Of a stretch of 38,890 bases of DNA, positions 8,690 through 17,922 are shown in pieces. Under the pieces are notes generated by a model. That model saw only the letters and a list, made by a program, of their open reading frames with translations. It was not told the origin of the DNA and did no database searches. The stretch is from positions 1-38,890 of the forward strand of contig CADBNP010000125.1 of NCBI GenBank assembly GCA_902796095.1, in the 5' to 3' direction. A program made the position numbers and the translations under genes. This stretch comes from an uncultured Aeromonadales bacterium. Lineage in GTDB: Bacteria; Pseudomonadota; Gammaproteobacteria; Enterobacterales; Succinivibrionaceae. Numbering within the stretch: the stretch's first letter is position 1; the number at the start of each line of letters is the position of its first letter.

Positions 8690-9697
8690 ATGAGTGTTAA
8701 AAATAAGCTGTTTTCAATTCCTTACCTTGGACGTTTTCTGCTGTTTAACAGGACTCTGGCTCTGCGTTATATTCACGATCGCATCACGGTGGAGGCCAGT
8801 CATCTGGCGTATGTGACAATTCTGTCCCTGGTGCCTCTGGTTACGGTTTTGTTTTCCATGCTGTCAACACTGCCTGTCTTTGAGTCAACCAAGGCTCAGA
8901 TCAAGGAACTTATATTCAGCAATTTCGTACCTGTTTCCGGAGATATCCTGGAGAAGAATCTGGAAATCTTTACCCAGAATGCCTCCAATACCACCATCAT
9001 CGGAGCCATTGTTCTTCTGATAGTGTCAATGATGCTGATCCAGTCCATAGACAGCTCCATCAATCACATCTGGAACTGCAAGGCGAAGCGCCCGATTGTA
9101 ACGACTGTATCGGTATATTGGATGGTGATCACCCTGGGACCGATTCTGATAGGCAGCAGTCTTGCTCTTACATCAGTGGCTGTTTCCTACAAGCTTGACG
9201 ACGGATTCGGTATCATTCCTTTTCTTCAGCGCAATGTGATTAAGGTCCTTCCGGTCCTGTTTTCATTTATTGCTCTGTTTCTCATGTATTCGGTTGTTCC
9301 AAACCGCAAGGTTCGCATACTGTATGCTGCGGTCGGCGCTCTCTTTGCCGCTGTTTTTCTGGAACTTGGCAAGAGACTGTTTTCCCTCTATATCATATAT
9401 TTTCCGTCATATCAGAACATATACGGCGCCATTGCCGTAGTGCCGATCCTTCTGGTCTGGATTTATGTCAGCTGGCTGATAGTCTTTTTTGGCGTAGAGA
9501 TACAGGCAACTTTGCAGGACATGTATGATCTCAAACGGAAGGAAATAGATTTGTATAACCGTAACGGAACTGTTCTGACCGGAGATCAGGAGGAAAAAAT
9601 TCTGTCAGAGACTATTGAGGGAACCCGTTCCCTGCAGGAAACCGGAGACAGATCGTGCGACGGTTCCCTGAATGAGAATGAGGATCCGAAAAACTGA
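8690..9697 (+). CDS. YihY/BrkB-family inner-membrane protein (formerly 'RNase BN')
   Basis: The N-terminal block ...ASHLAYVTILSLVPLVTVLFSML and a multi-pass hydrophobic profile are typical of the YihY family. The C-terminal tail is acidic. Confidence 0.85.
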   Translation: MSVKNKLFSIPYLGRFLLFNRTLALRYIHDRITVEASHLAYVTILSLVPLVTVLFSMLSTLPVFESTKAQIKELIFSNFVPVSGDILEKNLEIFTQNASNTTIIGAIVLLIVSMMLIQSIDSSINHIWNCKAKRPIVTTVSVYWMVITLGPILIGSSLALTSVAVSYKLDDGFGIIPFLQRNVIKVLPVLFSFIALFLMYSVVPNRKVRILYAAVGALFAAVFLELGKRLFSLYIIYFPSYQNIYGAIAVVPILLVWIYVSWLIVFFGVEIQATLQDMYDLKRKEIDLYNRNGTVLTGDQEEKILSETIEGTRSLQETGDRSCDGSLNENEDPKN

Positions 9698-9719
9698 GAA
9701 CTCCTGCTTTTTATGAATT

Positions 9720-11609
9720 CTATTCAGGCGTTTTATCCCTGCCTTCAATTTTGAAACTGTCACCTGAGGCAGGGGTATCATGCAGGGATGCCGAGAAGCT
9801 GTAAAGCCTGCTGAGAGCGTCAATTGTCCCGTCGATCCGGTAAATATTCTTCTCTTTTTTAAGCCTGAACTGTGCAGCCTGGACTATAAGATTTTTGGCG
9901 GAACTCAGACTCTGGATCCAGTTTGTTTTTATCTTTGATCCTTCTGCGTTTTTCATCTGCTCGGGATCGAAATTGCTGATGAAAACGTCCCGAAGTTCCA
10001 GTTTTCCGTCATATTCATACAGCATTTCGCTGCTGTCGTTCAGTCTGATTCCGGTAAGCACGAAATCAAAGTCCGATCTGCCTACGGTCTGATGTCCTTT
10101 AAGCCAGGTGTTCAGATAGTCAAAACCCACATCCTTTCCTGTAACATGAATTTTCATTTCATTACTGACGGTATTCACGCTGCCGGATGCAGTTACTGTT
10201 CCCCGGTTGATTATGGCTGAGGCAGAGTCGACAATTATCTGACCCTGGGTGTCTACATTCATGTTTGATAAAAGATCGGCTATTTCAAAATTGGTGAAAC
10301 TCAGTTCGTCGGCGGAAATGTCAATGTGGGATGATCTGCTCTGCGACCTGAATTTACCGTTTCTGTAGACCACGTTATTCAGGAACAGATTACCGTTCTT
10401 TACCAGAACCGGATTGTATTCGTTTGCAGAATCGTAGTAAAAATCCTGAATGTTTACAACTCTGAAATTGACCTGGGTGAACGGGATCATGCCTATAAGA
10501 CGCATTTCCTCGGAAAAGTCCGTATCCAGGAGTCTCAGGTCCTTTATCGTCAGCTCATGAACGTCTATGACATCTGATTTCAGATTATACTTGATATAGG
10601 TTTCTATGCTGCCGGAACTGTAATTTCCGGAAAAGAGAATATGGGATACTGGATTGCTGAGGGGCTGACTCACGGCAAAGAATGAATTTTCTATCTGCAG
10701 ATCCCTGAAATTCATCTGCCGGAATTTGCCGCTTACGCTTATATGCTTAAACATACTGTCTCTGAAGGACATGTCGTTTATTGTCAAATCCATATTGCGT
10801 ATGGAAAGCATAAGATCCTGCAGTTCAAGGGAGCAGTCGGTTATCTGGGCATCGTAAATGTCGAACTGCCAGCCGGAAAGATTCTGAAGGGATTCAAAAT
10901 CTGATATTGTTTCGATTTTATTCAGATCAAGTTTCTTTATGATGACTGAACTGGTGTACGGATGTATTTCTATCTGACTGTTGACAGTACCGTCCTTGAA
11001 ATTCGCTCTGAACTCGTCAATTGTTATTTTCTCGTCAGTGTAGTGAAAGGTTGTGTTGAAACTGTGAAGAATTAAATCGTTATATTTGACACGGTTGGCA
11101 AACATATTTACGAAGTAGTTTTTAGGTATGTTCAGTTTATGGTTGCGGACAATATCAAGATTGCTCAGCTCCATAATACTGTCGTCTATGCTCCAGTCAT
11201 TCCCTTTTGCAGTGAAATCCTTGAGGTGCAGATCCTTAATTGTTATGTTGCGGAACAGATCCCCCTTGCCTGACGGGAGCGGAAGGCGATCAACGTTTAC
11301 ACGGGCATTGATTATCTCGATGTCACGGATTTCAAGTTCACGTTTAATAATTTTCTTGCTGTCGAATTCAACGTAGATCTGGTCAGCCTCAATACTGTCC
11401 TCAACCTTTATATGCTTTAACAGGATCCTGTCCGGATAAAGAGGATTGTAATTGACATTTTCAATGCTGACAGTATAGCCGGTCTGTTCCTTGATCAGTT
11501 TTACCAGGGGCTCAATGATGTAATTGCTGCGAAGATACAGATAGGAGCAGGCGATAGTTATAAGAGCCAGTAACCCGAGGATTATAAATATCCTGGAGAC
11601 AGTTCTCAT
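9720..11609 (-). CDS. AsmA-family outer-membrane biogenesis / lipid-transfer protein
   Basis: The 629-aa protein has a single N-terminal TM anchor (IFIILGLLALITIACSYLYL), then a GYTVSIENVNYNPLYP block resembling the AsmA N-domain, then a long beta-rich body. The assignment rests on architecture and partial motif recall only. Confidence 0.7.
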   Translation of the reverse strand: MRTVSRIFIILGLLALITIACSYLYLRSNYIIEPLVKLIKEQTGYTVSIENVNYNPLYPDRILLKHIKVEDSIEADQIYVEFDSKKIIKRELEIRDIEIINARVNVDRLPLPSGKGDLFRNITIKDLHLKDFTAKGNDWSIDDSIMELSNLDIVRNHKLNIPKNYFVNMFANRVKYNDLILHSFNTTFHYTDEKITIDEFRANFKDGTVNSQIEIHPYTSSVIIKKLDLNKIETISDFESLQNLSGWQFDIYDAQITDCSLELQDLMLSIRNMDLTINDMSFRDSMFKHISVSGKFRQMNFRDLQIENSFFAVSQPLSNPVSHILFSGNYSSGSIETYIKYNLKSDVIDVHELTIKDLRLLDTDFSEEMRLIGMIPFTQVNFRVVNIQDFYYDSANEYNPVLVKNGNLFLNNVVYRNGKFRSQSRSSHIDISADELSFTNFEIADLLSNMNVDTQGQIIVDSASAIINRGTVTASGSVNTVSNEMKIHVTGKDVGFDYLNTWLKGHQTVGRSDFDFVLTGIRLNDSSEMLYEYDGKLELRDVFISNFDPEQMKNAEGSKIKTNWIQSLSSAKNLIVQAAQFRLKKEKNIYRIDGTIDALSRLYSFSASLHDTPASGDSFKIEGRDKTPE

Positions 11610-11630
11610 TCTGTTTTCCTTATTTTTTGA

Positions 11631-13700
11631 TTAGGCGTTGGTAAAAGCTGAATTGGCTTTAGTCCATCTTTCAATTAGTTTTTTTGCTGCGGCAGGGTTG
11701 TTATCTGTGATTTTTTTTGCCAGATCGTTTGCCTGGGATATGATGTCCTGATCTTTGAGAAAATCAGCTATCTTCATTCCTGCAACTCCGGTCTGCTTTG
11801 TTCCGAGATATTCACCCGGTCCCCTGATTTCCAGATCCTTTTCCGCAATGCGGAGTCCGTCGCTGTTATTGCACAGAAAACTGAGACGTTCTGTTGCGGC
11901 TGATGAGAGATCTGTGGTGCTGTAGAGCATACAGAATGACTGTTTCTGCCCGCGTCCTACACGTCCTCTCAGCTGATGAAGCTGGGCAAGACCGAGTCGC
12001 TGGGGATCTTCGATAACGATTATATTCGCATTAGGAACATCAACTCCCACCTCGATAACAGTGGTTGCCACCAGCATATCAAGTCGACCTTCCTTAAAAT
12101 CATCCATAACCTGCTGTTTTTCATCACCCGGCATTCTGCCATGGACAAGTCCTATCTTCAAATCAGGCAGACTCTGCTTCAGCCTGGCAAATTCATCCTC
12201 TGCGGCTGCACAGTCCAGCACTTCCGATTCTTCGATCAGAGGACAGACCCAGTAGATCTGCCATCTCTGGTTTAGGCATACATCATTGATTCTGCCAAGT
12301 AATTTGTTGCGGGATGTACTGCCTATCAGTTTTGTTGTAATAGGCTTCCTGCCCGGAGGAAGTTCATCTATGGTTGATACATTAAGATCGGCATAGCTGG
12401 TCATGGCCAGAGTTCTCGGTATAGGCGTTGCGGTCATCACAAGCTGATGAGGGAGTCTGTTTCCCTGCTGTCCCTTGTTGAGCAGCTTCAGCCGCTGCTC
12501 AACACCAAATCTGTGCTGCTCATCGATTATTACATAGGCCAGATTTCTGAATTCTACATTTTCCTGGAAGAGTGCATGGGTTCCGATTACGATCTGAGCT
12601 TCCCCGCTTGCTATTTTTTCCAGAGTCAGTTTCTTTTCCTTTGCCTTCAGTCTTCCGTTAAGCAGTACCGTCGTTATGCCGAGCGGTGAAAGCAGATCTG
12701 TAAATTTGGCGTAATGCTGACTTGCCAGTATTTCAGTCGGTGCCATTATGGCTGTCTGGTATCCGCTTTCAATTGCGTTGAGTGTACTCATGGCAGCTAC
12801 CAGCGTTTTACCGGAGCCGACGTCTCCCTGAAGAAGTCTCAGCATTGGAATATCTGCGTTCATGTCGGCATCTATTTCAGCGGTGACTCTCAGCTGAGCT
12901 CCGGTTGGTCTGAATTTCAGTGAATCAAGCATGCGCTTTCGTAAAATACCGCTGTTCTTTACGGGATAGGATCCGTAACTGCCGTTTACTGATCGTGATA
13001 TGTATACGGCTGCGGTGTTGGCTGTCAGCTCCTCAAGGGCTATGCGGCGGTGGTAAGGGTTTGACGGTTCATTTACCTGAGTCGGATCCTGATCCTTCGG
13101 TACTCTGTGCATATACTTCAGTGCTTCAAGCAGAGTAATGCCGCCTGTTGCTTCAGCAGGCAGCAGTTCCTCCATTCCTTCCTTTTCTGCGGCTTTCAGT
13201 GCTGAATCCATAAGCTGGGATATTTTTTCTGATTTTATACCCTTTGTTACGGGATAGATCGGTGTATGGAATTTGGGCAGACTGATATCGCTCATGGAAG
13301 AGGCTATCCAGTGAAGAGGATGACTCATACTGCATCCGAACATATTACGCTCAACAATGCCGAAGCATGCAATCACCTTACCCTTTTCAAATTCTCTGGT
13401 CTGGTTTGGGTAAAGATGCCAGAAGCTGACCTTCAGTATTGTACCCTCACTGTCGGCTACCGTACATTCCAGCATTGGACCGATGCGTGTATCTTTATTC
13501 TGAACCGCTATGATCCTTCCTGCAACCATGACGGATTCACCGGGTTCTGCAGCGGAAACCGGTACGATGACTGTATGATTCTCATAGCGTAGAGGCTTGT
13601 AGTAAAGAAGATCTTCTATTGTGTCAAGGGAGAGAAGACTCAGCTTCTCTGCCATTTTCTTTCCGACGCCGGGAATGGTAGTCAGGGGATCCTTCAGCAT
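11631..13700 (-). CDS. recG: ATP-dependent DNA helicase RecG
   Basis: The protein has Walker A GDVGSGKT, the DEQHRFG box, an N-terminal wedge domain and a C-terminal TRG region. It is 689 aa. Confidence 0.95.
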   Translation of the reverse strand: MLKDPLTTIPGVGKKMAEKLSLLSLDTIEDLLYYKPLRYENHTVIVPVSAAEPGESVMVAGRIIAVQNKDTRIGPMLECTVADSEGTILKVSFWHLYPNQTREFEKGKVIACFGIVERNMFGCSMSHPLHWIASSMSDISLPKFHTPIYPVTKGIKSEKISQLMDSALKAAEKEGMEELLPAEATGGITLLEALKYMHRVPKDQDPTQVNEPSNPYHRRIALEELTANTAAVYISRSVNGSYGSYPVKNSGILRKRMLDSLKFRPTGAQLRVTAEIDADMNADIPMLRLLQGDVGSGKTLVAAMSTLNAIESGYQTAIMAPTEILASQHYAKFTDLLSPLGITTVLLNGRLKAKEKKLTLEKIASGEAQIVIGTHALFQENVEFRNLAYVIIDEQHRFGVEQRLKLLNKGQQGNRLPHQLVMTATPIPRTLAMTSYADLNVSTIDELPPGRKPITTKLIGSTSRNKLLGRINDVCLNQRWQIYWVCPLIEESEVLDCAAAEDEFARLKQSLPDLKIGLVHGRMPGDEKQQVMDDFKEGRLDMLVATTVIEVGVDVPNANIIVIEDPQRLGLAQLHQLRGRVGRGQKQSFCMLYSTTDLSSAATERLSFLCNNSDGLRIAEKDLEIRGPGEYLGTKQTGVAGMKIADFLKDQDIISQANDLAKKITDNNPAAAKKLIERWTKANSAFTNA

Positions 13701-13702
13701 TT

Positions 13703-15058
13703 TTAAATGATTCTTTTAACAAACAGATGAATTTTGAGTCTGAATATTTTTTTCAGATAGGTCTGGATGCGTTCAGGAAAATCTTCGAATCTTTCAATAT
13801 TCGTCCAGTGGGTGATGCGAGATGTATTACTTAGTATGTAATCAAGTTCGCTGGAGAAGTCATCCTTCAGCAGATGTTCCGGATCCTGAATAAGAACCGC
13901 ATTTTCAAAATCAAGTCTCCATGCCCGCGGATTCAGATTATTTCCGGTAATAAGATAGTAATCATCGTCAACGTAGATACCTTTTACATGGTAGGTGTTT
14001 GTTCCGTCTTTCCACATCATGATGTTCAGCTGACCGGAGTCAACGTAGTTCTGATGTTTGCGGCAGAAGTCTCTGACAAATCCCTCGTACAGATACGGCA
14101 CGGCTCCAACACGGTTAAAAGGCTGATCTTCCGGAATATAGAAATCATTAGCCACCTTGTCACCGATTACAAGATTAACTTCTATTCCACGCTTCAGCAG
14201 TTTTTTTATTCCGCGCTGGATATTGGAAGGCATATTAAAGTACGGAGTGCAGATTGTTATTTTCTTCTTTGCTGTCTGTATAAGGGAGAGAATAGTCCGG
14301 TTCAGCCGGTTTTTGCCGTTGCCCAGTCCGCAGAGCGGAGTCATGGAAATACATCCCTGCGCTCTGGTCTCTGAATCTATGCCGTAGCATGAGTTCTTGA
14401 GATGCTTTTTCAGGGAGTTTATCTGATCCGAAATATCATTGGCTGAGGGAATTTTTTCCTGCGTCAGATCCTGAACAGCCGGCGAATTAATCAGATATCT
14501 GATAAGAAATGAAACCATGGAATCCGCAAGGGGTTCATATGTGATTTTCTCATAGCGATCGAGTCTGTATTTGCCGTCGTAGTCCAGATAAACGTTATTG
14601 ATGCTGGCACCGGAATAAAGAACGGTATTGTCAAAAACAAATCCTTTGAGATGAAGAACTCCGAACATTTCCTTTGTTTTGACCGGCACGCCATGAAAAC
14701 TGACATTGGCTGAAGGATAACGCAGAGAATATTCTCTGTACATTATATTGTTCCCGCACTGGACCCCCTTTCCGATGAGACCGCGCTGGGCACGGTGGAA
14801 GTCAACCAGAATATGTACTCTGAGAGACGGACATTCCCCGGCACGTCTGTATATTGCATCAAGAATTTCGCGTCCAGCCTCATCATCCTGCAGATAGAGA
14901 GCTGTAATATAGATCCTGCTGCTTGATGTTTCTATTAACCTTTTGATTTCTTCCCGGAATCTTTCCGGTGTTTCCAAAACTGAAACTGAGGATGCCGGAA
15001 CAGACATCACAGGCAGTCTGTCGATTGTGTTTTTGCTTCCACGGTATATGCTGAACAT
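13703..15058 (-). CDS. pssA: CDP-diacylglycerol-serine O-phosphatidyltransferase (PLD-type phosphatidylserine synthase)
   Basis: Two HKD motifs are present: LHLKGFVFDNTVLYSGASINNVY and YHVKGIYVDDDYYLITGNNLNPRAW. The 451-aa protein is collinear with E. coli PssA. Confidence 0.95.
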   Translation of the reverse strand: MFSIYRGSKNTIDRLPVMSVPASSVSVLETPERFREEIKRLIETSSSRIYITALYLQDDEAGREILDAIYRRAGECPSLRVHILVDFHRAQRGLIGKGVQCGNNIMYREYSLRYPSANVSFHGVPVKTKEMFGVLHLKGFVFDNTVLYSGASINNVYLDYDGKYRLDRYEKITYEPLADSMVSFLIRYLINSPAVQDLTQEKIPSANDISDQINSLKKHLKNSCYGIDSETRAQGCISMTPLCGLGNGKNRLNRTILSLIQTAKKKITICTPYFNMPSNIQRGIKKLLKRGIEVNLVIGDKVANDFYIPEDQPFNRVGAVPYLYEGFVRDFCRKHQNYVDSGQLNIMMWKDGTNTYHVKGIYVDDDYYLITGNNLNPRAWRLDFENAVLIQDPEHLLKDDFSSELDYILSNTSRITHWTNIERFEDFPERIQTYLKKIFRLKIHLFVKRII

Positions 15059-15121
15059 CTGTACTCCCGTTGTTTCACAAAGTCTGATGTTATCACAAAA
15101 TCTGATTGTGACAAATTCGAG

Positions 15122-16978
15122 TCAGAGTTCGGAACCTGTTTTTTGAACTCCTGACTCAATTTGCTTGGTGGCTCCGATAAGCCAGCCGATTTCCTGATCT
15201 GTCAGATAAGGCTTGATAGTGTCCCTTACTCTCTGATGATAGTCATTAAGCCACTCAATTTCAGTTCCTTCGAGCAACTCCTGATTGATGAGTCTTATAT
15301 CAAAAGGAACAAGGGTCAGAACTTCGAAACATAGCATGGAAGTCAGTTTTGGATGATTCATAACCAGCAGTTCGTTTTCGCAGCGTATTCCGTATTCACC
15401 TTCCTTATAGTAGCCGGGTTCATCTGTCACTATCATGTTCGGAACCAGTTTCGCATCATCATGACTGCTCTTGCTTGAAATACGGTGCGGTCCTTCGTGA
15501 ACGCTCAGACAGTGACCGACACCGTGTCCGGTACCGTGCTGGTAGTCAAGACCGACATCCCACAGCTGCTTGCGTGCAAGAATGTCAAGCTGATAGCCGT
15601 AGGTTCCTTTAGGAAAGACAGCTCTGGCAAGAGCTATGTTTCCTTTGAGTACCCTGGTGAAATTGTTTTTCATTTCTTCAGTCGGTGTACCGACGCATAC
15701 TGTTCTTGTAATGTCGGTTGTTCCGTCGAAATAGTGTCCTCCGGAGTCGATGAGATACATGGCATCTTCACCGAGTCTGCGTGGCTGTTCCTCGTTTTCG
15801 TGATTATAATGGCACATTGCAGCATTCGGCCCGAGTGCTGAAATGGTAGCGAAACTCGGCTCTATGTAATATTCCTGATCCTGTCTGTATTTTTCTGCCT
15901 GCCTGGCCAGGGTTGCCTCTGTTTCCTCTGATTTTGTTTCGCTGCGGCGATCCAGCCATGCCAGGAAACGGCACATTGCCACACCGTCCTTGACATGGGC
16001 TGAACGGAAACCGTTTACTTCGGTGCTGGTTTTGATGGCTCTTGGCAGTTCGCACGGATCCTTGATGTTTTCCACCTGAACACCCGCTTTTTTCATAATA
16101 AGAACAGTGTGGGCGTTGGTGTTTGTGAAGTCGGCTCCTATTTTCAGATGATCCTCTCCGAGTCGGTTAAGAGTTTCGTCAAGACGTCTGAAATCAAAGA
16201 TGGATACATCATCGCCGCACTGTTCGGCAAATTTCGTCTCCACCAGTTTTTCACTGTCGATGAATATATCCGATGACTGATTGCTGTAGATGATGGCGAA
16301 ACTTCTGACTATTGGCAGGTATGGGATATCGTGACCTCTTATGTTCAGCAGCCAGTTTACAGATTCACAGTCGGAAATAAAAACTGCATCAAGACCGGCA
16401 TCATTGATTTTTATTGATATCAGTTCACGTTTCTTGGCACTTGTCATACCGATGAATGATTCCGGAAATATTATTACCTGCTGTTTTTCTTCTGTCGGTC
16501 TGTTTCGCCATATCTGATCAATCAGATTTTTTTTGGTGGCTACCAGCCTGATTTGATTCTTCTGGAGAATTTCAGATGCTTCAAGATACCATTTGTATGA
16601 GTGCGTAAAGGAATCAAACGCAACTGTACTTCCCGGTTTTAAGTTTGCGGCAAGGTGGTGAATAACGGTCATGGTCCCCCGCTGACTGTCGATATCCAGT
16701 ACGTTTACACTGTCAGCCACCTGTTTTTTTGCCTGAATCGAGTATCTGCCGTCTATGAACAAATCGATGTTGAAGGAATTGACCGGAGCTTTATAGATGG
16801 CACACACACCGGCAGATCCTGTAAATCCTGTTATAAAGGCCAGCCGCTGGGATGATGGGGGAATGTACTCTCCAAGAAATTCATCATCGTGGGAAACAAT
16901 GAGAGCATCATATTCCGCACTGTTCATTAAAGTACGGATCTCAGTAATATTTTTTTCGTAGAGATCTACGTTGAACAT
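15122..16978 (-). CDS. Aminopeptidase P-family (M24B) Xaa-Pro aminopeptidase, long three-domain form
   Basis: Metal-ligand blocks DSGGHY, HGTGHGVGHCLSVHEGP and EPGYY are present. The 618-aa protein has creatinase-like N-terminal domains. Confidence 0.85.
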   Translation of the reverse strand: MFNVDLYEKNITEIRTLMNSAEYDALIVSHDDEFLGEYIPPSSQRLAFITGFTGSAGVCAIYKAPVNSFNIDLFIDGRYSIQAKKQVADSVNVLDIDSQRGTMTVIHHLAANLKPGSTVAFDSFTHSYKWYLEASEILQKNQIRLVATKKNLIDQIWRNRPTEEKQQVIIFPESFIGMTSAKKRELISIKINDAGLDAVFISDCESVNWLLNIRGHDIPYLPIVRSFAIIYSNQSSDIFIDSEKLVETKFAEQCGDDVSIFDFRRLDETLNRLGEDHLKIGADFTNTNAHTVLIMKKAGVQVENIKDPCELPRAIKTSTEVNGFRSAHVKDGVAMCRFLAWLDRRSETKSEETEATLARQAEKYRQDQEYYIEPSFATISALGPNAAMCHYNHENEEQPRRLGEDAMYLIDSGGHYFDGTTDITRTVCVGTPTEEMKNNFTRVLKGNIALARAVFPKGTYGYQLDILARKQLWDVGLDYQHGTGHGVGHCLSVHEGPHRISSKSSHDDAKLVPNMIVTDEPGYYKEGEYGIRCENELLVMNHPKLTSMLCFEVLTLVPFDIRLINQELLEGTEIEWLNDYHQRVRDTIKPYLTDQEIGWLIGATKQIESGVQKTGSEL

Positions 16979-17034
16979 GATATTGTCCTTGAATTTGTTA
17001 GGAATGCACGCCAGAACGGAGACATCAGCACTGT

Positions 17035-17922
17035 TTATTCAGCTTCCTTTGGTGTATATGGCTCGTCACAGGCTGAACATTTTATTTCAAAACTGTCATG
17101 ATTGTCATTATCTGATACTATCTCAACTGTTCCTGCTTCAATGGTGCTTTTTATGGTGTCTGCTGAACTATGGCTGTCGACGCTCTGTGCATTGCTGTCA
17201 AACATGCTGTCTGAAGAGTCTATTTCTGAAGATGTGCTGTCAGGTTTGGCATTGAGGGATATTACCTGATACATTTTGCCGCCGGCATCTGAGTAGATAT
17301 TCGGGGTTCCTGTTTCAAACAGTCTGAGCTCCGCCGTGAAAGGTTTGGAGTACAGGATCATAATCACAGCAACAATGAGAAGTTCAAGCAGCACCATGGT
17401 CCAGGTAACTGTCTGAATATACGGATATATTGACGGCACCATGAAATTTACGGCAATAACCACGCCGAAGAGAGGAGTGATAATCCTGTGGAGCAGACCG
17501 AATGTTTTCGAAAGTCTTTTGTGATTGTCGATCTGCAGGGATACCGGAAGTATGGCTATGGTGTAGGATATGGTGAGAAGGACTGCAGGAATTGCAAAAT
17601 GGTGAACAAACTCTATTGAAGTCCATATCCGCAGAAGAACTATTACCAGCGTAATCAGGCACAGAACTATTCCTATCCAGTCGTAGGGAATTTTTCTGTT
17701 CCTGCAACTGTCGTGGATTTTGAGACAGAATATGCTGTTGACACAGTAGCATTCCACGGCAATTGCCGTAAAGACCAGCTGCAGGAAATTATCAGGATAC
17801 TGTCCGGTTATGATTGCACTTATTGTGCTGAGTACACATATGATGAGCACAAGAATCATTCCGTAAACGAACAAACGTTTCAGTTTAAAATTCCTGTTGT
17901 TCAGAAAGGTTGATATCGTCAT
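17035..17922 (-). CDS. Hypothetical six-TM membrane protein with a Ser/Asp-rich C-terminal tail
   Basis: I trimmed the start to the ATG at 17922, which follows AAGGAG with a 5-nt spacer and overlaps the kinase stop as ATGA. Six hydrophobic segments are visible by eye. The roughly 95-aa tail (...DSTSSEIDSSDSMFDSNAQSVDSHSS...KCSACDEPY) has no family I recognise. Confidence 0.6.
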   Translation of the reverse strand: MTISTFLNNRNFKLKRLFVYGMILVLIICVLSTISAIITGQYPDNFLQLVFTAIAVECYCVNSIFCLKIHDSCRNRKIPYDWIGIVLCLITLVIVLLRIWTSIEFVHHFAIPAVLLTISYTIAILPVSLQIDNHKRLSKTFGLLHRIITPLFGVVIAVNFMVPSIYPYIQTVTWTMVLLELLIVAVIMILYSKPFTAELRLFETGTPNIYSDAGGKMYQVISLNAKPDSTSSEIDSSDSMFDSNAQSVDSHSSADTIKSTIEAGTVEIVSDNDNHDSFEIKCSACDEPYTPKEAE

